A stretch of 63,894 nucleotides of DNA, filler included, from Choristocarpus tenellus KU-1152 (taxonomy: Eukaryota > Protista > Phaeophyceae), in assembly GCA_964200185.2 (NCBI GenBank). It is 9 parts of 9 records of this genome, joined end to end, with 100 filler letters (N's around TTAATTAATTAA, not from the genome) between each part and the next. Parts side by side here need not be neighbours in the genome. Positions count along the whole stretch, not along the records: positions 1 to 6,420 come from CAXNAD020008178.1; positions 6,521 to 11,149 come from CAXNAD020013728.1; positions 11,250 to 28,088 come from CAXNAD020000762.1; 6 more parts are not named here. One strand, given 5' to 3'. Under the pieces are notes generated by a model, which worked only from the letters and a program-made list of their open reading frames with translations, made no database searches and had not been told where the DNA came from. How positions within the stretch are numbered: the stretch's first letter is position 1; every line of letters starts with the position of its first letter. Below, piece after piece: positions 1-12,225 of the stretch. Made by a program: the position numbers and the translations under genes.

Positions 1-1227
1 GTGCACACGGCGTGGTGAGAGGGAAGCAGGTTCGGGGGGGGGGGGGGGGGGAGGGGGGGGTGGGGGGGGGGGGGGGGGGGGGGGTTCAAAAAAGGAGGCA
101 GTAATGGCGAAGAAGCAGAGCAACAGGTTTAATCAAACATGGCACAAGTGGTTTGGTTGATGAAGGAGGTTCGCGTGTTCTACGATGGGAGGTACTATAG
201 TGATCGCCCAGGATTCCTGGGATTGTTCACCAACATCTACACCAATCCACTATGCTGATCTGTAAGCGTGGTGTTCATGTCATCTGAGGGTAAACAAACA
301 TATCACACTGTTGTCTAACACGGAATAATTATTGTCGAGAGCCGCAGGGACATACGGTGGAGAATAATAATAATAATAATTATTATTATTATTGTTGAGA
401 GCAAGTCTGATCATTCCCATCGCAGATCATGCGGTGTTTGGTGCGTTACAATATTTTTCTTTTGACTCTTAACAAACATTTTCCAAAATCTTGATGGGAA
501 CAATACACATTTGATATTATCGTCAAATTAAAACGTAAAAGCTTTTCAACACACAAAATCACGATCACATCCATTTTTTTAATTTCTTTATTGGATCAAA
601 AATATTCTTACTTTCTTAAAATATGCTGATTTTACTCAGTGCCCTATTATTGACACAATGTAGGAAGTGGTGGTAACCCACTCCCAAGATCTAGATCAAA
701 ACACACGCAACCAACCCCCCCCTAAAAATTTCCCACTTCGAAAGCAATCTCATACTAGCTATAATCGGCATTGTCAGAGCAGCCTGAACAATGCAATCAC
801 TAGTATTACAAGTTGCATAGCACAGGAGTTACACAAGATTAATATCTTCGCTGTATATATCTCAGAAGAACAGGATGTGGCATCTTGTAAAAAGCAGCAA
901 ATACAGGCAGACGATGTTGAAGACCGGAACACAAAATAGCACTCCCCTAGAGACATACATACTGGCATGCCACATGCATGGCACAGGGATATATATATTT
1001 TTTGCTACCTTCCTCTACCAGAACATCTTCGAAAGTCGTGTATGTAAGGTGTAATTCTGTGAATTGTGTCCTTCAATAAGTGTGCTATTTCACTTCGACT
1101 GCACACACGTATGCACCCCTCAGAATTTATGTCTGCTGGGTGAGGGTTATCATCAAACTTGAATCCCATACATATTTACACACACACACACACACACACA
1201 CATCATTGTCAATTTTTCCCCCTCTAC

Positions 1228-3415
1228 CTGATCTGTAACGTTTTTCCCATCCACTGTGATGAGCTGGGGCATTCGATGCACTACGTAGAGCCGGTACAGT
1301 CGGCACGCCTCTAGGTCTGGTCGTTGGATATCCATTAGCCCAGGACAGGCTGGATTTCGCATCATGGACAGGTCTTGCAGGATCGGAAATCTCTCCTTCA
1401 CCTGATCCAGGAATTGTGGAAGGTTGCTTATCTGAAGAATGGGGGTTGGGGGGTTGGGGGGGGGGGGCAGGGAGGTGGGTAGGGGAGACAAATGGGTTCG
1501 GTGGATGAAAGGTTGAGTGCATGTTAAGAACAATTTCACTGTCGGAGAGCCTACACAGTGTATGATAAATCAGGGACAGGGATTCATATATTTGAGGGTA
1601 CCATGTGACTGACACTGTTTCGTCCAAGCTGATACTGAGCTCATGTGAAGGGGTAGGGGTTTCTGTTCACTGGAGTACTTGGGGGAAAGTAAATGAAGAG
1701 CAATAGTGTCAACGTGGTTTTGGTATATACCCAGCACAAAATCACTCAAGAAATGCGGAATATCAAATGTGGAATATCAAATGCTGGCTTGCGAGGCACA
1801 TGGTTGCCACAAGCACCTCATAGTGTCAGTCGCCTTCTGTGTTTCATTGAAAGCAAAAAGCTGTACATCCGACTCTGTACGTATTAACTTTTACAAGTAT
1901 ATTCAGTGATGGACCCTGGGCTGAAAGATAAAGAAGTGATGGGAATGGTTTGGTTTACCATAACCCTAACCTTGTGTCATGAGGGAAAGGTGTACACGCC
2001 GGCAAGTGAGCATGAATACAAACGTATCTTATTGGAGACATGGCATATAGCAAAAAACGTCTAGCCTCACACGTGTACAAAACCTTCCCTGTGTAGTATT
2101 CACAAAACTTTGGTGATAGATACACCAATGGTAGGTAGGCCCAGGAAAATAGCAGACATGTAATAGAAATCAGAAATAAGGCGATGAGGGCAGTTTGTCC
2201 TTTGGCAAGGGGGGAGTAGGGTGTATGTATACCTCTTTCCATCACACGGATGCTTTACGAAAATACGTATCAGACGCACGTTTCACATCCCTTCTCTGCT
2301 TCCACCACACCCAGGCCTTGAGAGGACTATGTTCCTTTCAAGGGCAATACCTGTACTTGAAGCATGCCTCTGGTTTGGGCGAGTAGTCACATGCTGTAAC
2401 CATATATATGAAATTAGTATCTACAATTACCGTAGTCCTAAATGTTGCTAACGTAACGACCTTTTGCGGGAAACAACCTCGTAGAAAACAAATCCGCCAT
2501 CGTTAGAAAAAAGCATTCCCAGATTGGGACTGGTGGTCGTCATGTTCACTGATTCAACTTTAAGACAAACCTAATGCTTCATCACCATATAGGGGTATTC
2601 ATGTGTCAAACAATCTCAACAGCAGTAGACCTTGTTGTTGTTGCACCAAAGAGTCGTTAAGGTCGCTATCTTCGGGCATCCGGCAATATTCTCCAGCTCA
2701 TTCTTGTCCAAGACCAACGTGTGCAGGCGGGGAAAGCATTGCAGGTTGGCGAAGGACCTGTCGAGACGTTTGAAGTGGGTGCAGGAGTTGAAAGTTCCCG
2801 AGGAAGAGAGAATGGAACAGTGAGAATAATGCCTGCAGACATCACGACCCAATAGTTGTCACCATGAGGCACAGCCACAAGAAATCAACCCAAAGATGCC
2901 GCAAGCAAAAAATTTGAAGATGCTGACAAATTCTTTTATTGAGGGCTCACCTCAACTCGCACTCCGTTAGGTTGAGACTCGTGACGAATCGCCCTTCCTT
3001 GTTGGAAATTTCCTCTGTGCAATGCAAACCGTGACGCAAGGGGTTACACAATAAATAACTTGTCTACCGCACCTATCATACTCTTCCATCTAGTCAATCA
3101 TGCTTACTGACAGGGGAAAAGCTTATATAGTGAGGTCGGCATTCAATTGGTCAGCAGGCGGAGAGGGTGCCAAGTACATTCGTCAAGATTTGTCCGACCA
3201 GAAGGGAAAATCCCCTCTGAAGTTTCCACAGAAGGAGAATCTACCTCTGAACCTTACGGAAGTTTACCCTTAAAACCGGGACAAGATATCCTGTCAATAT
3301 CCTCCTCACCTAGTATCATCCCAAATGGGCGAAATGAAAGAGAAAGGTGCTCCCCCTCCCGCTTTACCCCCTCCAACAAACAAGATTTTTCATCATCGGT
3401 AAGGTTCGATGTCAT
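1228..3415 (-). CDS. Leucine-rich repeat protein, LRMDA/U2A'-like; exons 3415-3268, 3014-2951, 2757-2631, 1431-1228; 3' exon(s) unresolved
   Basis: Four phase-consistent GT-AG exons give MTSNLTDD...FVTSLNLTECELRSFANLQCFPRLHTLVLDKNELENIAGCPKIATLTTLWCNNNKISNLPQFLDQVKERFPILQDLSMMRNPACP...YRLYVVHRMPQLITVDGKNVTDQ. This shows LxxLxLxxN repeats plus an LRR-cap (NPxC...YRxxV..xxPxL..xDG). Confidence 0.85.
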
Positions 3416-3770
3416 TTGCACGGTCTCTCTCTCCCTTCCAGGTATATGGGGAAAGCAGTGGGACAACCCACCACAAGTCAAACTGATATAGGAGGTGTGG
3501 TCTTGTTTCCTCACTCCCTCTCCTCCACTCTCTTGTTCATGTTCTCATTCTGTGTTGTTTGTTTAGGGGAAGAAGTTCCTTGGTTTACAAGGGATAGGGG
3601 TGTGTAAAACACTAATCATCCATTATTGATTGGAGTTTGAATTTTCGTGATCAATAGAATAGTTATAATATATTTAAGATATTTTTTTGTTGGTCTTACA
3701 GTCAAGTAGAAGAGTGTGAGCACTCTTCCACTCACAGTACACCTGCAACCTTCCAAACAAACTGGTGCTG
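3416..3770. promoter_or_regulatory. Probable bidirectional promoter between the LRR gene (-) and the lipase gene (+)
   Basis: About 355 bp separate two divergent ATGs. The lipase start codon is itself inferred. Confidence 0.45.
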
Positions 3771-6237
3771 ATGCTCAGGACTAGACCAACTTCTTGGCGC
3801 ACGACTATATCCTTCCGAAAGCAGCGTATATCTACCCTCAGGCATGGAGGTGGTACTGCAACGACGCATTCTCTCCCGAAGGTGTACCTAATGAAAACCC
3901 TGTCCAGACCAATGCTCGGCAAAAAGAGTTCACTGCTACGAAAGAGGATACAGACAAGCACATGGATTGATCTCTAAATGCTAGCAATCTGTTTCTTTTG
4001 GACTCACCATGAAATCTCCGCGATTGGTCACGTGTCAAGGTGAAGGAGAAGAAAAGGATGGAACTCTTGGCAAGCGCAGTAGATGAAATTCGATGGGCCT
4101 TGCGCGATCTTCAGTGGACACCAAGAGGATTTGCCACTCGTCTTTCTATGTTCACCATACTCCTCAAGAAATCTCCTGTCGAGGTTGGTGGTATCCCTAC
4201 TGATGCGACGGTGGTGACAGGAGTTGACAATTGCATAGTCGACGAATGGGAGAGACTGCTTACCTGGTCGCATGCTAGCTATGGTGACACCCCTGAAGAA
4301 GTGGCAGCTAGGACAGGTGGGGATGGTGTGAGTGCGCTTCGAGTGCTTGAACACATGGATGAGACTCTACGCAATATGCTTTAAGTGGCGTATCTATGCA
4401 TTCGACATTGTAGAATCGAGACTACTAACCGGGGATATTTACCAGTTGCGCCTCTCGGCATGCGACCAATTCGGAACATCTGTACACACGCGTGAGTGTA
4501 CACGTACACGTTCCTCTGAGTGGACTCAATGTGTATAGCGTGTGACCTATTTCCCTTCTTCACTTCGGCAGGCATGGAGCCGAGTGACGTGGAAGTGATA
4601 AAATTTCAGAGAGGTCAAGCCCTCACACCCTCGTACGTACTGGCTCTCGACCACCACCACAAGGAAGTCGTACTGTCTGTAAGGGGCACAAAGGGTTTCA
4701 GCGACACCATCACCTCTGCTCATTTTAAGCCTGAGACTTTCTTGAACGGGTAACCCCCAATCCCACCAACGATCAGAGTTGAATTTCCCACCAAACCATT
4801 TCAGAGCGATTCATGCTACTAATACATATGAAGCCCCTCTCTTTTTCCCAAAATTTCTCTGTCACCGAGCAAAAAACAAAATTTCTTCACACCACTATCC
4901 TGTTTTAGTACATTGCCAGAGCATTTCTGTTGGAAGCATTCCAGACCCTTCACTTTCAGGTGTACATATTGTTACAGTAAACTTGCTTCAGTACCTCAAA
5001 TCCTCTCTTCATATGAGAAACAAGTTCGACCTCACCATGCCCAGACAAATCAATGTGCAGTCCTTGTTCAACCTCTCTTGCCCTAATCCAATTCAAATAT
5101 TTTTGACCAATTCTCTATGTTTGTGAGTTGCCGTTCTAGGAGCGCCTTCGCATTCCCTTCAAGACTGGATTTTCCTGCTGACGCTTTATGTGACATGCTT
5201 TCTGGCTCATGATGAGGCAGGTATGGCCACCGGGGCTTTGTCTGTAGTGCCCTGGAGCTGGTGAAAGAAGTTGGGCCCCATCTGGATCAGCTCAGTGAAC
5301 AACTCCCATTTTATCGGTAAGTGGAATATCTGTTTAGCAGGCACATGCAACATGCTTCTGGTACATCAGAACAAAATTCTCAACAGCATTTTCGAGAGCA
5401 TGCGGTAACTGTGTGTCATTTTGTATGACATAGGAAAGCCATCGAAGGTGCACTGACACACAACTGGAAGTACTTAACCTGCCCGCAATGCCACAATGTG
5501 GAAGACAAGTGGGGTCAACCCTCTCCTCTAGAAAGTGCTTGTGGCGTTCTGTATTATTCTGAGTATAGATGTACTTCTCTACATACTCTTGTGCCCACTG
5601 TGCAACATTGTACGACTGCGAGTCATTGAGGATGGGAAAGCATCCGTGTTGGGTCACTTGTGATTCCTTCTGGAGTAGAGCAAACCATAAGTAAGACGTT
5701 TCTTTTCATAATCCCACCAACGATCATGTCAGGGAGATCTCTCTTTGGCACTCTAATTGCTGATCCCACAAATAATTTTCCCAGCATGTTACCAACTGTT
5801 TCAAAGTGTGCCCTTGCTATAATACTGAAGAAACCCTCTCGTTTGCTGCACAAAACCACAAGTGTGTGCAACATGTTGCAATTGAGGACCTCCTACATCC
5901 CCCCCCATCTCTCCCCTTCCTTGCGGGGGCATAAGAGTCCTTCTCACAGGGCACAGTATGGGCGGTGGCATAGCAGCAATGGCGACAATGCTCTTGCGCT
6001 CTGAGGGTAGAGGTCAGACAAGTGAGAGGAGCACCATTGACCTTGGGGAGGGCAAGAATACAAAGTGGGGCAGGGGGGCAGAGAGAGCAGTATGCATTTC
6101 GTTTGCAACCCCCCCTTGTGTTTCCCTCGACCTGGCAAGGAGTTGCAGGGGCTGGGTGGCGTCCATTGCACATGCAGATGATGCAGTACCCAGGCTCAGC
6201 ACTGTCGCCCTCGACCTGCTGAAGGAGGATTCAACCG
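3771..6237 (+). CDS. Class-3 lipase (Lipase_3, DAG-lipase-like), 3'-partial; exons 3771-3880 (tentative), 4040-4316, 4572-4749, 5221-5316, 5936-6237
   Basis: The phase-consistent spliced product contains YVLALDHHHKEVVLSVRGT, GYGHRGF, the nucleophile elbow VLLTGHSMGGGIAA, SFATPP and ADDAVPRLS, all Lipase_3 hallmarks. Confidence 0.9.
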
Positions 6238-6293
6238 GTGGGAAATGGGGTAGGCTAACCCTAACCCTAACCCTTCTATTCAACCGGTGGGAA
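6229..6293. repeat. Short interstitial telomere-like (CCCTAA)~3 insert flanked by a 16-bp direct repeat
   Basis: ATTCAACCGGTGGGAA at 6229-6244 and 6278-6293 flanks ATGGGGTAGGCTAACCCTAACCCTAACCCTTCT. Confidence 0.8.
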
Positions 6294-6420
6294 GAGAAGT
6301 TTGATGGGACAATAATGCGCCCTACACCCCCGCCCCCCCCCCCCCCCCCCCCCCCCCCCTCGATTTTTCCCTTCCTATTTTCCCCTTCACCCCCCCTCAA
6401 CACACCACAAACCCGTTTCA

Positions 6421-6520
6421 NNNNNNNNNNNNNNNNNNNNNNNNNNNNNNNNNNNNNNNNNNNNTTAATTAATTAANNNNNNNNNNNNNNNNNNNNNNNN
6501 NNNNNNNNNNNNNNNNNNNN
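6421..6520. other. Artificial contig linker N44-TTAATTAATTAA-N44
   Basis: Identical 100-bp spacer with stops in all six frames, present 8 times in the window. Confidence 0.98.
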
Positions 6521-9500
6521 AAGATACAAATTTAAATATATATATATATTTTTTTTTTTTGGGGGGGGGGTAGGGCTCGAAACAATTGATTCAATTTTTT
6601 ACGGACTACCAGAGTCAAGTCCTGTCAGTTAAAAAAAAAAAAGTATTCAAGAGGAAGACGTAAGGGTATGGAGGTTAGCTTTTGTTCACTTGAGTGTTCT
6701 CTTCAGTAGAACCAATTTTTTCAAGCTTTTTTTTTTTTTTTAATGAATCTTTTGCTGCTGATCTTGAACGAATTCATTTTTTTGTGAGCAGTTTTTTCCT
6801 TGATTCAGTGCGGTTTTGACCCTTCAGACCTGTGTTCAAAGTAAAGATTACCCTTCATTCAGCATTATTTTATTTTTATTTTGTTCCTCTAGCTCCTTCG
6901 TACCATTTTTTTTTTTTTGTGTTTTTTTAGGGTTAGGGATGTACATTAAATATGGCAGGTTGAATGAGAGAGTGGAACAGGTTTATATAGATCGATTTTT
7001 ACTGTAAGAGTCACTCTTCAATTTGATTGAATTGAAGAGTGATTGCAAGTGCGTGCGATTTTGTGTGAGTTTTTTTTTTGTGGGGAGGAAACTCGATCGT
7101 CACAATTGAAATGGGAATCTACACAAAAAAAATTGTTCACGAATGCAAAAGAAAAAAATATAGTTTTTTCTGACTGTGCAAAAATGTATATATATAAAAA
7201 ATAAGAGCGATCTGAAATATTAAAGAAAAATTTAAATGAAATGGAATTGTCTTGATTTTTTTTTTTTTTCAGGCAGTAGTGCTCCCTTCCTTTGACTTTG
7301 AAAGGTATAGAATGATCTACTATATAAAGGTATAGATCGCATCAAGTGCATACACACAGTATATATGTAAGTAGTTTGGAGTGTTGAGGTGGGAGTGGGT
7401 ATCCTTGCCACAAGAATGTACTTAGAAGTTAGAGTTAGGTTAAGTGATAATTTTATTTTTCTAGCAGGTGCTTACGGGTCAAAAGTTCCTGTATAAATAT
7501 AAATATTTTGCAGTACTAGTGTGTGTGTACCTTATTTCTGAGGTGGAGGCAATTATTACTCTTATTTATTTCTATCGCTTTTTTTTCACTATTTTTTTTT
7601 CTTCTATATTTCCTCTTGAGTTCACGCGATGGAGGATTCAAAGGATAAGGTTGTTCACCGTATGCATGTTGCTCTCGAAGTGTCTTACTATTTTATTTTA
7701 TTTTATTTTCCCCTCAAAATGCTCTCTCGTTGTCAGTACTCGATGACTTTACTTGACTATTTTTACATGCTTTTCATCAACAATATAGTAACAACAGCAC
7801 GTTACATTTTCTTTTTTCAAGCTGTGGGATAATATCACGATGTCACTTTGGAATATTTTTATATTTTTCACAGTTTTGTTTTTTTATTCAAAGCTGATCA
7901 CACCTATCGGTTGGTTTATTCACTGCTCTTTTGTTGTGAGTCATACGTAATTAATAAATACATACATACATACATCAATTCAAGTAATAAATAAATACAT
8001 ACATACATACATACATCAATTCAAGTCTGCAGGGCTGTTTGTGTGGTAAAAGACCTTCTAAGAGCAAGAGTGGATGCTGGGCTGTGTTCCCCCTCCTCCA
8101 GTTGCTCCCTCTTGAAAACCAAAAAGGATTGTGAATGAGCATAGCTTGTCTCTCCGTGATGATGTGCTGACAACTCTTTCCCCTTCCCGATAATGTGGAA
8201 CTCCCTACTGTAACAGGCAATAGTGGGCGTGACATCACTCGGAGCTGGTATTTTTGGAGTGACTGCTTTTGGCATGGGTGTGATGGCACTCTCTGTAGCA
8301 GTGGGAGTGGCCAAGGGAGAGCTCGATCCATCCCCAGAGGTGGGATATTATTGGAATAGTCTAGTATGCTTCACTTGAGGTGTGGTATTAATACTAGGTT
8401 CTACTCCATAGGAGGTACACCTTATTCTGGTTACTGCGGTGATACTGTTAAAAATAGAAGAGAGTATGAGAATTTGATGCATTGTCTGTAGCATTTGAAG
8501 TCAAGACCTGCTGCTAGCTAGCCCTAACCCTAAAATTGCATCCCTGTTGCCATTATAGCCTGGAAGGTGTTTCTTGTATGAGTGAGGTTGATAGTTGACT
8601 GAATTGGACAAGATAAGGACCAACAGATTCATTTTGATGATAACCTCTGTTACATACGTATGTTTATATTTTTTTATGTATTTGTGTATGTACATGTATA
8701 CAGAAGGAGTACATATCAAGTTTGACTGTACTCTTGAAAGTATATATTTTTTGTTGCTTCAACTTGTGACTGAGCACACACGCCTAGGATCACGATTTAT
8801 TATTATTATTTTTTAGTATTGTTCATTGTGCCACAGCATACAGTTTTTTTTCCTAAACGTGGTCTGCAGGTAGTGCATGCATTAAATAAAATATTGAAGT
8901 TTATTTTCTTTTTTAGTTGGTTCTGTGTGTGGGGAGGAGGGATTAGGCTAGGCGTTGGATTTATGGGGTTCTCTACATACACAGCACTTTTTGAGCATTA
9001 ATTGTGTACCTGTACCATGTACCGCTTTGGGTTCACAAGCAACAGTAACTAACAGTAACTAACCACTACTGGTTTGGATTATCAACTTCGCATCCTCACT
9101 CATTTACATTATACAGAATTTCCCTTGCAGGTGAGTTAATTGGTGTCTGCTGTACCTTAAAAAAAAAAATAGTTTCGATTGAAATAATAATCGGTGCTAA
9201 GGGCAGTGTATGATTTGAAAAAAGAAAAAAATATATTGATGGTGTATGTGTACGTGTGTCATTAAATATCTTTTTACCATTCGTGGTATAAATACACACG
9301 GTCATACACCCCACTCAGGTAACTTCCAAGACACTGGGGAACACAGGAAATTTCTGGATCAGGTGGGGTAGCCATGCTGCTGTGCACACCCTTGCATTCT
9401 GAAGTGTGCTTGACTTCGTCGGTTTTTGTATGTCTGTCTGCCTAACTAGAATCAAATCCCTTACCTTAACTAACCACTGGATACATCCCCCCTTTTCCAT

Positions 9501-9547
9501 TTTTACCATTTGACTATTGTGACCATTATGACTTTATTTTAACACAG

Positions 9548-9682
9548 GCAAGTACGACTCTCAAGGTCATTGATGACGAAGAACCAGAAGATGTTAGGCG
9601 CGAGAAATTGATAGCAAATGCAGAAGAACGCCTTCGCAAGGCACAAGCAGAAATAGAGCAGCAGATTGGAGGAAAATTCTAG
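9548..9682 (+). CDS. Terminal coding exon of a small charged/helical protein; possible first exon 7629-7649 (MEDSKDK)
   Basis: ACAG acceptor followed by ASTTLKVIDDEEPEDVRREKLIANAEERLRKAQAEIEQQIGGKF*, with coding-like composition in AT-rich surroundings. Confidence 0.6.
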   Translation, partial: ASTTLKVIDDEEPEDVRREKLIANAEERLRKAQAEIEQQIGGKF

Positions 9683-9792
9683 GTACAACAAATCAATGGT
9701 TCTACTAGTGGTGGTTCTTTATCTCCAATCTTTTTCTTTTTTTTTGGCATAGATATTTTCCATCTATTGTCGGTTTTTTATTATGAACTGCA

Positions 9793-9894
9793 TGCACCTG
9801 GTTTGCCTTGTACCTCACTCTAGAACCTCAAGTACCATACTGCACCTGGTTTGCCTTGTACCTCACTCTAGAACCTCAAGTACCATACTGCACC
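9793..9894. repeat. Perfect 48-bp tandem duplication
   Basis: TGCACCTGGTTTGCCTTGTACCTCACTCTAGAACCTCAAGTACCATAC x2 plus TGCACC. Confidence 0.95.
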
Positions 9895-10704
9895 GTACAT
9901 AGTTTCACATTAGGAAAGAATGGGTGTTAAAAATAAAAAGATGGATACTAGAGTAGGATTTGGGGTAGCCTTGCCATGTAGTAAGAGCAGTATCAATTGA
10001 AATAATGAGGCAGATGTGGTCCTCGACAGCCCCCAAGAAACTTCCTGCTGGATGCGTTAGTTCTTTTCCAAGAACCCGCACTACAGATTGCTTCTCAACA
10101 ACCACAGAGATGATGCACACAAAGCACGTGATACAAGGACCATCACAAAAGATAGAGATGTTAAAATAAGTAATGGTTTCAAGAAGATGTCAGAACTCCC
10201 TAGTGACACATTAACACTGCACCTGCTCCACATTTGCTTTTTATAGGCTACTACTCTACACTCCTAGCGAGCGGTTAGCAACTCTAATACAAGGTGCAAC
10301 TTAACATAATCTAATCCTCTCTGTCACGGAATGATACACCATTGTCAATCGTGTGTTTGTTTCCCTTCAATGAGACCTACTCTGCTTTGACCTTACAGCA
10401 TCACCCCGTCTGTACCTTGAGCCAGTTTCTTCAAGCTCCACCCTCCCCCACAAAAACTCCACTACAAGAGTACAGTGTCTCAGAGTACAGTGTCTCTTTC
10501 TCACACAAACCTGTTCATCGTGCTCCCTCCCCAGCTCTCTAAAATATGTAAAATATGTAACACACGTATACATGCACATACATAAAAAAAAACACAAGAG
10601 CGACAATCCACCTGAATTCCCCTCACCTCCAAAATCACAACGCGAGTAGTTAGTTATATGAGGAATTAAAAAAAAAAACTCAATGAGCATCCCAAGGTTT
10701 ACAT

Positions 10705-11097
10705 CTACCCAGAAGGCGGTTTGGGTGCGAACACGGTGTACTTTCCAGGTATTGGAGGTGGACCACCTGCTGACAGTGGTGTACCTCCCCCTGTTGAACT
10801 CCTCCTGTATCGATTGGAACTTGTAGGCGCAGATGACTTTGGAGGTGCCATTAGAGCTGCCAAAGGATCATTGTTGGCTGGTTCCGACTCTGCTGATGGC
10901 GAAGTGCCTATTCCACTTGGTGGTCCCCCCGTTGGTGGGCCAGGGGGACCAGTTCTTTTGGGCGCACTGAGCTGAGCGGTGGTGGGGGGTGCCAGGGGGG
11001 GTGACTTTACGGCATCAGTCGGGTCTTCACCTGGGAAGACCCAGCGCTTTGTCTCCTTGTCGTAATATGCCTCCATCTCATTCCCCACATCAGCATG
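10705..11097 (-). CDS. SEC16: Terminal exon of a SEC16-like COPII/ER-exit-site protein (5' part on another contig)
   Basis: TACAG acceptor; HADVGNEMEAYYDKETKRWVFPGE resembles the Sec16 C-terminal AxLGExxxFYYDxxxKRWV motif and is followed by a Pro-rich tail and stop. Confidence 0.7.
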   Translation of the reverse strand, partial: HADVGNEMEAYYDKETKRWVFPGEDPTDAVKSPPLAPPTTAQLSAPKRTGPPGPPTGGPPSGIGTSPSAESEPANNDPLAALMAPPKSSAPTSSNRYRRSSTGGGTPLSAGGPPPIPGKYTVFAPKPPSG

Positions 11098-11149
11098 CTG
11101 TATTGAACAAAAACATGTTGGGGGGGATGGGTGGGGTGGGGAGGGGAAC

Positions 11150-11249
11150 NNNNNNNNNNNNNNNNNNNNNNNNNNNNNNNNNNNNNNNNNNNNTTAATTA
11201 ATTAANNNNNNNNNNNNNNNNNNNNNNNNNNNNNNNNNNNNNNNNNNNN
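11150..11249. other. Artificial contig linker
   Basis: N44-TTAATTAATTAA-N44. Confidence 0.98.
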
Positions 11250-11341
11250 GATGGATATTTTCATTGCACTCTTCCTCGGTGTTGCCCCGATGGGCCCCCT
11301 GGGGTAGACCCCCCCCCCCCCCCCCCCAGATACTTTGGGTC
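11250..11341. mobile_element. MITE family A, partial (contig start)
   Basis: Ends GTAGAC(C)nAGATACTTTGGGTC, like the full copies at 33290 and 60254. Confidence 0.8.
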
Positions 11342-11449
11342 ACTCTAAATCCCAGCTGATCATCCTGCTGATGGATAGAGTGGACAATGTAAGATGGTAC
11401 TCCACCACAATGCACATTAAAGAAGCTTACAAATGATAGGGGGGGTGAT

Positions 11450-12180
11450 AGGAATGAACAATGCTCTAGCCCACTAGAGTAAACTATCAAATATCTTGCT
11501 CAATACAAATATAGGGAGGGATGGCGTAAAGGCAATTCACTTTGCTCCTCTACGCCACGAAAAACGATCTTGTAAATGAAAGGAGTGATGTGAAATAGAT
11601 GATGACCAGCCCTACAATGCCATGAAAGCACCAATCAAACATCAGGAGGGGTGATAGCATGGAGTGGTGCTCCACTCCGCTCCACCACCAACAAACCTTG
11701 TAATGACAAAAGGGGTGACGATATGGAAGGAATTTTAATCTGTTTTGCTAAGTTCTGCGTGCACCTTGCAAATGCTGGGAAGGGCAACCAACTAAGAAAA
11801 TCTTACATTTGGCTTTGCAACAACAATCAACAATACTCCACTAGAACCACTCTGTGCAGTTACTTCCTTGCCAAAATTGACTTGCCCCCAGATCTACAAA
11901 CAGCAGAAGCAAACCCCCTACTATTATTGTACTACTGTTGTTGCTGTCCTCTGTTTTGGTCTTACGTCCTATGTAGCAGAGGAAATGTTGTCATGTTACA
12001 ATGGACAATGTACTTGTACCAAAATTACAACTTCAACAACAAATGGTACGACACAGTACACCAAACAGCACACACAGCAGTAGCTGATTCTACAAAAAGT
12101 ATTGCCCCTCTCACTTCCACATTATTTTACCCATGTAGCTCCACCCTGGTGTACCTCAAAGATGAACACATGTTGCTGAG

Positions 12181-12225
<45 letters not shown>

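Noticed and set aside
34-84. Long poly-G tract as a functional G-quadruplex
   Set aside because: It lies at a contig edge where homopolymer G runs are unreliable in short-read assemblies.
6421-6520. TTAATTAATTAA palindrome within N-runs as a biological repeat or site
   Set aside because: It is an identical 100-bp six-frame-stop linker used to concatenate contigs. ORFs running into it (ending LIN) are artefacts.
8021-8314. 97-aa ORF MATPTATESAITP... as a gene
   Set aside because: Non-ATG start, no family motif, and antisense within a probable intron. Possibly a retroelement scrap.
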